DNA of 64,000 nt from Magallana gigas. Its lineage: Eukaryota. Under the pieces are notes generated by a model. It did not search any database. It saw only the letters and a program-made list of their open reading frames with translations, and was not told where the DNA came from. Made by a program: the position numbers and the translations under genes. The stretch covers positions 30,194,001 through 30,258,000 of the forward strand of contig NC_088860.1 of NCBI RefSeq assembly GCF_963853765.1, in the 5' to 3' direction. Below, piece by piece: positions 49,182 to 62,147 of this stretch; positions within the stretch are counted from its first letter, which is position 1; each line of letters opens with the position of its first letter.

Positions 49182-50195
49182 GTTCTTAGAAAAAAATGCT
49201 GAATTCCATGTCAGAAATAAATAGCATGACAATAAGTTATAAAAGTCACCAAAGCCATTTTCCTGAACATTGTTTTGCCCTCTCTTTGCTAACTGTTGAG
49301 AAGGTAGCTATAGAGATATACCAGTATTTATCCTGGTAAATTTTGTAACCCTTCTAGTAAAACTTCCATTGGTCCTGCCATGAAGTGACTTTTTTTATTG
49401 GGTTTAGATGTTTAATTATCTTCCATTGCATGGACTTTTGTTGTATAAGAAAACTATATAAGAAAGTCATGGTTATATTCTTTTTAACAGCATTAGCCTA
49501 AATATGCAAAATGGCCAAGAGCTGTAATTCTGAGCCCCTGTACTGGGCCCCCAAAAAACTAGTACCATGCAATATCTAAAATAGATCATGAGAGGATGTA
49601 GTATTCTATTATATATATTCTGCTCTATCCTTTTATATACCAACAAACATGTGATAGCCGGCAATGGAGGGTTTTTTTTCAAGGTTATTCATGCCTTTCT
49701 TAGGGCTAGTATTCCAAAAGGGCACTTGCATAGCTAAAAAAAAAACAAGAAAAGTGACGTAGAGAAAGGATGGAGGGACCCCCCCCCCAACCTTTCCTTC
49801 GGTGTGTGGCACCTACCACCAGGGATCTAAATACAAACTTGAAACTATTTTAAATTACCTTGTGATTAGTTTATTATCAAAAAATTGTAATCTCCATGTT
49901 CCTCAGAGCCATGGAATAGATAGGCGCTCGTAAACCGCGAACGTTGTGGATCTGTGTGTGACGAGTTCCTAGAAACAGAGATGTTTCAGGGTTACCTTTC
50001 TGAATATCATCTGAAAAAATTAATAGCCGAGTGCTTAGAAAAAAAAAAATTCACGCCAGCTATGCTAAATGGTGAAATTTCCTACTGTATGGACAAGAAA
50101 AAATTTCCCGCTAGGTAATCTGTATGGTAGAGCTGCAACACTGTAATATCACGATAAAAGCTCATTTTCTGGGACAAGACACAAATAATACTCAT

Positions 50196-50229
<34 letters not shown>

Positions 50230-51993
50230 GAAGGATAATTGTGTTTGCCAGGGGGGGTCTGAGGCATATTTTCGCGATAATTTTACTATGTAAATTTAAT
50301 AAATTTTCATTTTCCAGGGGGGGTCGGGACCCCCCCCCCCCCCGACCCCCCCCCCCCCCCCCCCCTCTAGATCCGCGCATGATACTGATTTTGTTTTGTA
50401 TTTTGATGAATAACATTCATTTTTGAAGAAACAAATTTTTTCCCACCTTCAAAAATTATACTTCGAAATTTTGTATAAACATTTTTTTTTATAGACAGTT
50501 CCTTTTTATTACAAATATATTCTTTCCTCATTGTCAATGAAAAAAAATTGAGAACTGAAATGGAAAAAGGTATTTTATAGAATTTAACTCCACACAAATA
50601 TGCATTTAAGTAATTAAAAAATAACCACAAACATGCTTGCACTGTACATGTATCTTTAAGAAATAAACGTTGATTGCCATGTCTCGGAATTTCGACCAAC
50701 CCATGTATGAAAGAATCCGATTTTAAATATTATCGACAGTGACGTATGGGCTTACATTTGACGGGTTTCTAAGAAAACACTTCATTTATCTTGGACAAAA
50801 TTTTGAAAATTTGTAAGATAAGAGGAAACCCCAAAAGAACTTAAAGATTGATGACAAAAATAACAACAGAAAATGATAAGGCATATAACTGTCTTGGAGC
50901 TTGCAGGAACTAGCCGTGTAAATTGACAGCTTAATAGCTTATCAGTGGTGTTAACTATGTTTTCACAAGTGCAAGAAACGAACATTTACGAAGAAACATG
51001 TGTATTTCCATCAGATAAAGACAAGATCGTTTCACTTTTGATTTAGAAAGACAAACTTTTGACACCTTTGAAGGGGCCAATTTATCCAAACAAACTATAA
51101 CTGCCTCTTCCAATTCCTGTAATGAGGACAACCCCGGAACATCGGAAAAACAATTAGCGATATTTGCTGGGTCGTCCCTCGTAAAATTCAGAACCCGGCC
51201 GATGAAAAGGATTGTCTTATCACACGCTTCAGCGGCAACGTCAAGACACCCAACATCTGCAGGAGCCAATTGGCCCCCTAAGAAGTGATTATGATTTATT
51301 AAGCGTTTTGTAATTGGCAAATTAGGTAGAGCATGATGTGTGTCAAAGATAGGATGAAGCGGGCAAAATATGGAAGGAATACTATTGTCTCTGCTTGAAC
51401 TTCATTACGCCGCGTCGTCTGTCGCCTCGCTTTGGGATGGCTGTAAATCACGGTTTTCGTGGTCCGCTCGTTAGGTGTTTCTTTTGGCAGAGTGGACCTC
51501 AATTTGGGCGAGGAACACAGAGGAAATAGCAAAAACCTCAGCATAATGTGGTGTGTTTCCCTCACTAATTGTTATTTACTCTCTGTGGTTTTCAGGTAAT
51601 GAGCGTGCTATGGGTCTTTGGTGCTGATAAGCTTAATTGTTTGGGTGGATACCATTGATTACTACGATATATTCTTTTTTCAACACGTAGATATATTGTT
51701 ACAAGCTAATTAGGAGAAAACAATTATCTAATTTAGAACTTGGTGATAAGCATTTGTGCTGAGGGTTCCGTTGGTTTTCTCCCCTCTCAGAATCCCAGAT
51801 GTACAAAGAATGCCTGCGTGTATTTGAAATTCTAAAACGAATTAGCATATTATAAATTTTGAATTGCCCACTGGGTAGGTGTTAATACGTATTTTACTTT
51901 GACTTTTTGTTTCAGGTTGATACGGCCAGTCTGGAGCCCGAAATTCAGAAGCTGACAAAAGACACCACGTTAATTTATAACAAAGGGCTTTAG
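41568..51993 (+). CDS. SFXN5: Sideroflexin-5 (mitochondrial inner-membrane carrier), 323 aa, 12 exons
   Basis: Exons 41568-41618, 42374-42442, 42777-42881, 43505-43559, 43795-43820, 44205-44315, 46984-47049, 47263-47353, 47609-47724, 47849-47934, 48645-48762, 51916-51993; 972 nt open. Motifs [84 protein letters not shown] and IYNKGL* closely follow vertebrate SFXN5. Confidence 0.95.
45012..45378. mobile_element. MITE with ~100-bp TIRs around three ~52-56 bp tandem core repeats (SFXN5 intron 6)
   Basis: TATTTAAATAGGTTGATA...ACATAATTGTCCATATTACTTT versus AAAGTAATATGGACAATTATGT...TATCAACCTATTTAAATA; core ATTCTGAAAAATCGTTCAAAATGAGTTTCCAAACGACAATTTAAA x3. Confidence 0.85.
46552..46884 (-). mobile_element. 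Kolobok-like MITE with reverse tRNA-like core (SFXN5 intron 6)
   Basis: TTAA-AGGTGGGATAACAC ... GTGTTATTCCACC-TTAA; internal GGGATTCGATCTC...TTATCCACTCGGCTA; body similar to 37994-38335. Confidence 0.8.
48093..48534 (+). mobile_element. TIR MITE with tRNA-like core (SFXN5 intron 10)
   Basis: TTAA|GATCAGACGACACGTTCTTC ... GAGGAATGTGTCGTCTGACC|TTCA; internal GTGGTCGAGTGGTTAGA...GAGTTCAAAGCCC. Confidence 0.75.
49148..49178. repeat. (CT)n microsatellite
   Basis: Directly visible. Confidence 0.9.
50191..50382. mobile_element. Short G/C-run MITE with TCATGCGCGGATC TIRs, probably TA-flanked
   Basis: TA|CTCATGCGCGGATCCAG ... CTAGATCCGCGCATGA|TA. Confidence 0.8.
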
Positions 51994-52111
51994 TCGAAAC
52001 AAGATTTTGTTAACCTATATTTTTATAAATATATATTCTGTCATGTAGATTTTTCCTACATGATACTGGGGACCGGAGTTATAATTAAAATGATATTGGT
52101 CTTACTATATT

Positions 52112-52247
52112 NNNNNNNNNNNNNNNNNNNNNNNNNNNNNNNNNNNNNNNNNNNNNNNNNNNNNNNNNNNNNNNNNNNNNNNNNNNNNNNNNNNNNNNNN
52201 NNNNNNNNNNNNNNNNNNNNNNNNNNNNNNNNNNNNNNNNNNNNNNN
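52112..52247. other. Assembly gap (136 N)
   Basis: Run of n characters. Confidence 1.
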
Positions 52248-55200
52248 ATATTGTGTATACACTACATCAAGTTGTACTGATTTTTTGAAAATATATAATA
52301 ATTAAGTTTTGTAAACCAATGTTATGTTAGATGTGTTGATTCTTTGTGGTTTACTGCTCGTAATCTATGGAGGAAAAATATTCTGAGGCCTCGCCAAACG
52401 ATTGTCCTGTGATGATACAAGCCTCCATTCCTATTTCTCCGAAGAAGAATTTTCAGAGATTCCGTATTGTTACAAGGACAACCTTGTTTGCAATCCCCAT
52501 GAATAAATGAATTATGTCTTAAATTTTCAATTTAGTTATGCTTTGTAATTATTTTTTTTTCTCATTGGAAAACCTACCCTAAATAAATATACCTATATAA
52601 AAGGTCGTTTACTTTAGAAAGATGGCAGAAAGAAACCGGAGATAGGGGGCTCTTTTATTCAAGAGAACTAGAACCAGTAAGGGGAAGAATAGCACCAATG
52701 AAATTATTGACAAATATAATTTGTCATATATTTGATTGAAATCAATTCCACCGAATGCCTCTGTTCTATGGTAGTCGTTCACTTTAGGATAATTACGACA
52801 ATGTGTGTTGGTGTGGATTTGTGAGGTTTAAAAGAATTTCACAGAAATTTGCCGTCACTCTGAAATGTTAATTTTCACAAGTCCTGGTAATTAACATAGT
52901 CTTTTTTAAAGTGTCAAAATATCGCACACGATGTGCACGAATATACCCATCAGTTTGGAGAAAATTTCTTAGAGTTAACCTGCAGGGGACTTATCCGATC
53001 ATTTTACCGAGATGTTTATATCATTGTATTTTTTTTCCAAAAGAATTGAAGCACATAATAATATTTTGGATACAGGCATACATATCTTGACAACCCCTCC
53101 CCCCCCCCAAAAAAAAAAATCAAAAAAAAAAAAAAACCAAACAAACAAACATATACATACACAAAAGAAGAATAAAATATAATATTTGACGATGAACTAC
53201 GAAGTCCGTTACACAATTCATTGCGATGCTGTGTTGAGATTTATAATTGCTATTTTTCCAGATGAACATGTTTATACGAGCATCACTTAAGGAGGTTTGG
53301 TGGTCAAATTAAACTCCAGATCTTCCTAAATTTTATGATACTATCAGTATGATGCCTTAATATAAAACCATCATTTGGTATAGAAAAAATCCATATATTT
53401 TAGCTTTGAAATTCGAAGACTTTGCTATGATTGACGGGCAGGCTAGCTATAAGTGAAAGTATGGAGGCATAAGCCTTGCAAAGCAAAAAGCCATTTTCAT
53501 AATTTACTAGCCACGAACACCTTCAAAGTATTGGGATCTTCACATTCTTGAGATTTCGCCGACATCAAATGATGTATTGCGGATGTTTGCTTTCTAATTG
53601 ATTTTATACCAGTCAATGTATACTCTTTTTTTTTCATTATAGTAATATAATATTCAGAAAGTACAACTTTGGGCAATACAACCAATTATAATATATATAG
53701 TTAGTTTACTAGTATACAAATATACACGCAGTTTACATAAGACACACGACTACTTGTTATACGACACAGTATTACTTATTGTCCGTTTTGTGTAGAATAT
53801 AATAAAAAAGAAATATTGTTTCTTAAACAATTTACTGTTCTTGTAATTCTCTTGAACAAATTTTTTGAAGAAGAAAAACAATACTGCGAATAAACAGCAT
53901 TTTATTGATTAAGTATGTAATTTTTTTTATCCTGACCCGAATATCAAAAATTGAGAAGGTTATCAAATGAAACCGTTGCGGGTTTTTAACAAAGGAGGAA
54001 CCTTACAAATTCATAGATCAAGTAAAAATAAGAAATAAAATGTATTTATTTTTACTTGTTTATTCATACGGCATACAGCGTAGGGTTTTAGCTGTTAACC
54101 CAATAAAGCGATGAAACGAGAAACTCACATTTTTAAAATCAATGATATTGCAAAGAATATATGCACAATTTTTTTAAAAAAATCATAAATCGGCCAATTT
54201 TAAAGAAACTGGCTTAAAAAAAATTTTCCTGTTTAAATGAGCGGTTAAAAAACCTTTTGTTATTTATACTTGAGAAAAGGAATAAAAAATTGCAAGTTTT
54301 TATAGGATTTTTAATTTTGATACCAAACAAACATGCTAACAATTTAGGTAAATAGATGTATTTTCATTGAAATAGAGACAAAATCCAAAGGGACAAATAT
54401 CTATTACAAACTCACTTTTTTGTAAATTTCGTACAAAGCTCAATTCATCTTGGCTATTTTAATATGATAGTGACTTTTACTTTTTGACTGTATGCATGGT
54501 TACTAAACTGCGTTTTGTATAGACTTCCAAAATCGTAATTTTTTTGCGAAATAATTAAAACTTATTAAAGTTATTTTTTCAGTAAACTATCAAAAACTCT
54601 GTATGTTTCGCTTTAATGAGATGAAATTTCGAACAAACTTGAAAAAAATATAAGAGTTTGGTCGATGAAGTAAGTAAGTTTTGTATTCGAATCTATGATA
54701 TTTAGGAGCTGTGAAATAGATGTCAGATAGGTGTCTTTACGCTCAGTATCAAATGTCTTGTTGAATTGATAAAAAGGCGTCCATATTGCTACAGTGACTG
54801 TCTGGAGTGGTATGGACAGATCAAAGATTTCTATGGAGGGCAAAAACAAAGAAAAACAACAACAAAACTGTAAAGCGAACATGATTAACTTAGATTGTGA
54901 CGGCTTTATTTGTGCTTAGCAAGAAAAAATATCATTTTTCATTCTCAAAATCTCACTTTCCACTTAAGTAATAATTAAAAGGGGGAAAATTATGAAATAG
55001 TGTTGTTAACATCCTACAAGAATACTACGTGTATTCAACCCAAACCAGTGTCGATAAACAAGCCCAAAGCATCAAGTTAAAGAAGTGGAGATTTTGACCC
55101 GAAATTAAATACAATTTCAATTTAATTAGAATTTTGTTTTCATTTCGCAGTGGCAAATCTATTATGAAAGGACAAGCACCCTGTCAATTTACATTTTAAT

Positions 55201-55781
55201 TTACGGGGTATTCCCTTCTACAAAATCTCCGTATCACCTCTCGCTGTAAACACGTGTGTTACCGCTGTTAATCCCCTTTCTGTTGGATCTGCCATTAAAT
55301 ATTATTTTGCATTTATCAAGAGGAAAATATGGTGCGGAATATTGATGTTTTTATTTTAATACGAGGGTTAATGGGATTTGGTGAGCCGCCATCTGACGGC
55401 AGGTAGCGCAATGACCCGTGGAGACACGTAAGTGATAAATCGTCCAATCACTGTCCACGGTTTAACGAGCCATTGAATGTCTTTTGAAAAGCAAGATGAC
55501 GGAATTACGCCCCTTGCCACCTTTAAATGGTTTCCAAAAGACAAAAATTACAAATGCACCGAAAACTCAGTGATTTGCAATTATTTCCGATACTTATGTG
55601 TACCTCAAAACAATTCACATTACATGTATTTAGTTCGACTTCATAAATTTGAAGTGAATTTTTGTTTATTTGATTATCCGATAACTCTCTTTTATTGTTG
55701 TGAAGCAATGCCATTATCATTTTGACAAAAAAAAATTTTGAAGATATACTCAGGGAAAAAAACTATACATTCAGGTTCAAT

Positions 55782-56238
55782 ATGTTGCCAATGTCTAAAC
55801 AGCCTTCTGGCGGGTTTTCAATTGATTCTATCATCAACACAACTAGACGTGAAACTTCAAGAGAAGACTCACCACTTTCTAGAAACAACGTTGACAATCC
55901 GAGACCGAATTTGGGAACGCGAAGTGAACTTTCCGCCATTAACGGCAGGATTCCTCCTTTACACCCGGCTCTTCCACTCCATGTTCGGAATCTACTGTTG
56001 GCCGGAGAGACAACGAGATCCCTCCCTCCGGACGTTTTTCACTATGGTCAGTCTTGGCCCCTTCACAATACATCTTTGCCCTCAATATCAACACTGGCCC
56101 GGTCTTTGCCGCAATACACAGAACCTTGCCTGAATGCCGGTTTCCCGGGTCTCTGGCCTCAAGTATCGGAACAAATGGCCTTCCTGAACCCTTGGCTGGT
56201 CACTAGAGGGACGCAGTCTCTGCTTGGGCTTCCTTTAG
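55782..56238 (+). CDS. First coding exon of an eh1-motif transcription factor, most likely an Emx-type homeobox gene; homeodomain not found in the window
   Basis: MLPMSKQPSGGFSIDSII (eh1-type FSIxxI), a Pro/His-rich middle, and ...FLNPWLVTRG... (PW motif like that preceding Emx homeodomains). Ends at the phase-1 donor G|GTATGC. No homeobox exon was recognised downstream, so the family is an inference. Confidence 0.65.
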
Positions 56239-58293
56239 GTATGCTGTTTGTCTTTTTTAGTTTTAGAGAAATGTTTTGATACCCAAAATAGAATTCCTGT
56301 TGTTATTCAAATGCGTAAATTGCTTTCTTGCATTTTTATTAAACAGAAATTAACAAAAACACTGAAAGAATGATCATTTTTGGTGTATTTTGTCTGAAAG
56401 AAGAATGGAATGATAATAAATTTCACACAAAACTCCTTATTTAACTCGACACAATTAATAATCTGACAATTATTATCTAGATATTTAAAATAAAATAACA
56501 ACAACAAAACTGAGAATGCAAATGAATAAATATTGAAGACACATATATATATTCGTCTATTTGAAAGAAGGCTAATGTTTTAATGTTAATAATTAAAGAA
56601 AATTACAGAGAAAAATGCAAAAGAAAACTACATATCTAAATCTCATTTAATAAAATTCTAATACATACCTGCAGCTTATTTAAATGTAAATATTATTTTT
56701 TAGTTTAAAATAAAATGGCGCACATTCAAAACATAAAGCGTATGACCATAACGGAAGCGAGAAATGATCTGCAAATATTTTGTGTGGTCAAACTTTAATC
56801 TCCACCGCTTTAAGTTCATTAGCTTCTTGAATTTCCCAAACATATTTACCAAAAGTCTTTATATTGGACTAACAAAATAAAATACACAAATATAAAAACT
56901 ATGTCCTGTTGCTTTGGCACACAATCTTGTTGTAATGTTGTGATATCAAAGGAAAACGCAAAATAAGATCAACAGTTTAAATCAAGATATTGATACAGTG
57001 CTTTTTATGCTTGAATTGGGAAAAAAACAAACTTAAAACCAGAAATATAAAATCACAGTGCTTTATAAAGGAAAAGAACATGAGTTTAAGTAAAAATTTC
57101 AAAACATTACGATTTTGTTTAGTCAAGTTCTAACAAACTTCATTTTATTTCTTTTGAATAAAACTAGTATTTTGCAATGATCATCATTGACTGGGATATG
57201 TTCAAATACATTTTTATTAATGAAATAGTAATAGATTTATCATTCTCGGGAATTATTAACTTAAATGGGGTCAATTCCCCGTTTGAATAAATATTTATAT
57301 ATCTATACTGTTCACTGTCGGGTTAAGTTACGATAAGAATGATAGAACATATGACCTTTCCTTCAATGTCTTGACTTTTTCGATTTTATTTGTAAGTCAT
57401 TCACAGTGAATTTGATACCCAAACACTCTCTTAAGTGAAATCCAAGAGGCCTGATCTGTACATTTAACACAATTCTCAGACAATACAAGGTGGTATTTAC
57501 TAAAACAATTAGATTGAAAATGATGTTCTAAAAGCGACTAATGCATTTCAAACTTTTGAAAATGTATGAGTATAAATCGTCTCTTCGTGTGTGGCTGTCG
57601 GCAGTTGGAAACACGACGACCATTAGACTTTCATTGTTTCCCAACAGTACAGTCCTACGTTGGCACCATCTAGGGAGAAATATTGATTCAATCTTGATAT
57701 AATGGCACCAAAGGAGGAACCCAAGAACAAAACAGCCCCACACCGTCCGAGACAGATTGACCAGAACTGGGTATATAATATTGTGGGTGGCTTTTTTCTG
57801 GATCTTCTTTATAAAAAAGTATAATCGAAGAGGGACAATTGACGCAATTTCCTGTCTGTATTTTGTAATGTTGGTAAGCGCCTGCCCGATTCGTATCGGC
57901 CCTAGAAAAATGTTTCGCTCTTGGGGAGTTGTTTGTTTCACAAAAGTAAAAGAAAATAATCCGTCTGTCCGCGCATTAATAAGCTTCTAATTATGTCTAT
58001 GTTTATAAAATGTCATTTTTTTGAAAACAATTTATAAAGAATACTTCAAAGCGATTCTGTTGTTTCCTAAATGGGAATCTACTGAGCGAACTTGCTAATC
58101 TAACATAATTTGCTATAATTATTCGACAAGAAATGTAATTTTATATTGGACAAATGGATTGAACGAAATAAAACCTTCTGTTTAAAGTTATATGAATTGC
58201 ACCAACGTCCATTTTTTTTACGCTTTGGATTTTACTTCATGATCATTTATTTTTCGTATTTGGGATTTTAGGAAATGCTACGTTTTACTTTAA

Positions 58294-58716
58294 GGAGGCC
58301 GGATGGTCAACCAATGACCCGTCAGTTCTGTCTGAAATTTTAACATATGGCATGTTTATAATTAGCTAAAAAAATTATTTAGTTTAGAAAAAATCCATAT
58401 AATTTACCATTCAAATTAGGATATTTTCCTATAACTTTATATCTATGGAGCTCTTCTTCTAAAGGAGATCAATACAGTCTAAAAAATGGCCCCGACCATC
58501 GAGCCCTTTTAAGAGAAAATGCGACGCAAAAATATATTCCTGTTTAAATAATGCAACGTTAAAAAGATTCACCGAAACTCTAAAATTTAAACATAATGTA
58601 GAAATAGTAGTAGTAGTTTTTATTTTAAGTGACATATGTATATACATTCTACTACATATCAACAACAGTAGGTATATTAATTTAACACCCGGTCCATTGG
58701 GCCTATATGCCACCTT
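58294..58716. mobile_element. Probable TTAA-associated repeat; related copy begins at 53291
   Basis: Both start TTAA|GGAGG...GGTC and share TAGAAAAAATCCATAT; right ends are poorly defined. Confidence 0.4.
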
Positions 58717-58984
58717 TAACATAGTTATATCTGCAAAAATGACACAGCATAAGATACTTGTCAGTGTACAAGTCTTTAAGTTATTTAGATTTTAACAGTT
58801 GATGATAAAATAAGATTTACTGAGTATAGACAGAACAATAATGACTGTCTGTGACTATAGCATGACTATAAATGTTTTACAACCTAGCAGGTACAGTTTG
58901 AAATAAGTACATTCAGTGTATATGCATCTTATCCTTCTCTTGAATTAATCAAATAAAGTGTGTTTAAAGAAGTAATAATAATAA

Positions 58985-59160
58985 AAAGGACAATGTAATA
59001 GAAATAAAACCAATTTTCAGAGCAAAACGTACAAAATCGTTCCTCAAGAGGTTCACCGTGGTATCTACCTGTCTCAGTTCTAAATTTCCACATCTAAACT
59101 GAGCCAATGTTGATTGCAAATACCCAGGCATAACCAAAAACTCAGCCAAACACTGTTTCA
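58985..59160 (-). mobile_element. Degenerate 3' end of a non-LTR retrotransposon ORF2
   Basis: With frameshifts reads STLAQFRCGNL..RTETGRYHGEPLEERFCTFC..LFLLHCPFY, the typical C-terminal CCHC region of L2/CR1-group LINE ORF2. Confidence 0.75.
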
Positions 59161-62113
59161 AATTGTATATCATGTGCTTAATTTGGGATTAAATACAATA
59201 TCATGTACTTAATTTGGGATTATTGACCATCTCACTGCTCTAAAGCTAGACAATAAACAAAGATAGACAAAAATGTATTTTTGATTGTACATGCACGATA
59301 AGTCTCAATTCAAAATAGTAAATATCTAATTCTAAGCAGTGAATAAAGTATATTATGGTTAAATAACTAAGACTTAACTATCTGTCATAATCTCGATCTA
59401 TTGTATTCATGATATCGATAATATGCATTTGTATTTGCCATGTGTACGCATTATATGTTTATTTGTATGATATAAGAATAAGCAAGCATAAGATTTCATT
59501 GATCAGATCAACATTTTGTCCCCATGTAATACTATGTATCTAACAGGAACTTTATTCACATAACCGAAACTAATCAATAAATGTGCAGACAAATGGCAAT
59601 AAAATTGGTGAATTTTGCAGCAGTTAAAATATTATGTTTTGACTGCAAAGGAATCACTTTTTGTTTATTAGGATACCAGCATGCTTCAGACGCTATTGCA
59701 AGCTTTCTAAGACAATGGAATAATTGTTATGGTGTTCCATCACGTAGATATCATATCCACAAATCGAGTCGTCAATTCAAACAGTGGCAATTAACACCAA
59801 AAAACTCGTCGAACATGGTCTTTTACTCCTTTTAAGACGTGCGGGCCCAGTCAAATGCCTCGATCTTTGTATCTGATAAATATAAATTGATCAACGCTAG
59901 TTATCCTCTACATGTTTATTTCGAGAGAAAAAAAATGCCAGACACAAAACTCAGACGATTGCACCCTATGGTATCTTTTTGTGCATGGTAAACTTTTTGT
60001 AATATTTAGAACATTCTGTAATATGCTTAACAAAATTAATGCAAAAGGAGTAACTTTTACAAGTAATCAAGAACAGATGCTATTAATTTTTATTATCTTT
60101 TTTAAAATTTTTAAAATCTTTTTTACATGAATATGAACTTTCTGCAATTACATAATCATTGTAAAAATCAATTTTAAAAAATGGAAAAAGGTGTTCAATG
60201 TGTTTTATAAATAATAAACAAGCCTCAAACTTTTAACGATGTGTCTGATTTTTTGGCAGTAAGAAGAAATAAAATTCAAAGAAACGAATATTGTGGTCAA
60301 CACTTGAAACAAAAAAATTATGCTGGTTAAATTTTACTGTGATTTATTTATACAAAGTTAACCAGTGTGTATAAAAAAGATAAATAATTCTTGCACGATT
60401 TGATGTTGACAAAGTTTTTGCACGGTCCACTTATCGCACTTCAGTGTGAACACATTTTTTGTGGACCTCCTAAGTGAAATGTATGCTTAAACTTCTAAAA
60501 TGCAGCGCACCTTTAGCGAGTTTCTTTGATTGTAAAAGGCGTTGCAGGTTAATACGATTACTATCCAAATGGCTTGCATAATTGACTTGCATTGATTATT
60601 AGAGCATATTACGTATTATACCATATAAATCTGGCAAACTGATGCTATTCTTCGACTCATTTCATTAAGTCTCACCTTTCGATCCTGCAAATACAAAAAT
60701 GTCTTAAATGACATCATTTCAATTCATAGAAAAGAAATGGTTAAGCCCAATAACTTGGTATCAACTCATTCCCTTGTACAAAGGAAATTGAATATAACCT
60801 CAAAGAATAGATGGGGTGGATAAACGCTGATCCTGATTCTCCTAGCCTTTTCTATTCATCGGCTCCTTTTTAAGTGTCAACAGCCTAACAATTCGCTACC
60901 TCACAAATCGTCATTTATTATTCTCAATCCGTATTGTAAATAATATTTTATTTCAGAAATTTAAACCCATTAGAATCAAAAGATGAATATTTCGTACCTA
61001 AATCGTATTTGCTTTCAGCAAACATAAGCACAATTTGTACTCCGACAAATGCCTTTAAGCCAATTATACCGTCTACTTCTGCCAAGCTTTGATTACTCTT
61101 TCAGGAGATTTGGGATTTTGAGGGGGTCATTGAATTACGAAATAAATATGTAAAGAGAACAGTTTTATTCATTTGCATTCAAGTTAACGTTCTGAATCAT
61201 AATCGCAGATATTTGTCTTGAAGTGTTTGTTTCTTTTGATGTCTTTGACGGTTTCAGGGTATCACTGAGTGAAATATCATTATAATTGCTATCAGTGTTC
61301 AATATTAGTCTTATTAATTACCAGATGTAGTTTGAACCCTTCCTTAACTCTCTTAGTATCCTTTAAATCTTGGCAAACCACAGCTGAGCAAGAGGATAAG
61401 AACGTAAGGGGTTCGTCTTGTTGAACAAGTGATTAATGTTATGCAAGGTTAATAATTGGCATAATTATAATTCCTTTAGTACATTTTTGCACAATCACAA
61501 AGAAAGTTTAACCTTTAATGTTTTGGTCTCCTTTTTTAATCAAACCATTCTTTATAATTGGTTTTGTTTTCCTTGAAAAGGATTTGTCGCACCTGTTACA
61601 CCTTTCTTTCTCCATTTCTTTTTCAGCTAACACATCTATCAAACAGGGTCATACTTTAGATAAAACGGAAAGCTATCTTAACTTGCATAAAACTTGATAA
61701 GAGAAAAAAATATTCTTGATTTTATATGATCATAATTATCATGATGACGTTTAATATAAGATTAAATTAGACTTTGTAAAAATTTTATGGCATAGCGGTA
61801 GCTTTGCCCTTTCTAATGCTTTAAAGAGAAGACTTTGTTTGGGATCACAGGAGCTATTCAGCTATTATAACAACATGCACTATTGCCTAATTCTTGTTTT
61901 ACTTTCCATTAATTGGGATAGTACCCGTGTCTTCATTTTAGCTGAATATAACATAATGATCTTTTATCTAAGGATTCATTTCATAACCCCCAGGAAATTA
62001 AACCAATGAAAAGAAAAATAAACTAGATTTTGATTTTATCATTATGACGACCAGACGCTGTATTCACAACAACTACAAAATCATAATTTATGATTATTGT
62101 TGTTATTATTATC

Positions 62114-62147
<34 letters not shown>

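Noticed and set aside
50955-51320. 121-aa minus-strand ORF in SFXN5 intron 11 as a nested gene
   Set aside because: Composition looks mildly coding and splice-like sites exist, but there is no recognisable motif, start or partner exon; left unannotated pending a homology search.
52056-52305. ORFs spanning the N run
   Set aside because: Artefacts of the assembly gap.
57528-57990. ORFs downstream of the eh1 exon as the homeobox exon
   Set aside because: No homeodomain signature (e.g. RTAF or WFQNRR) in the frames examined.
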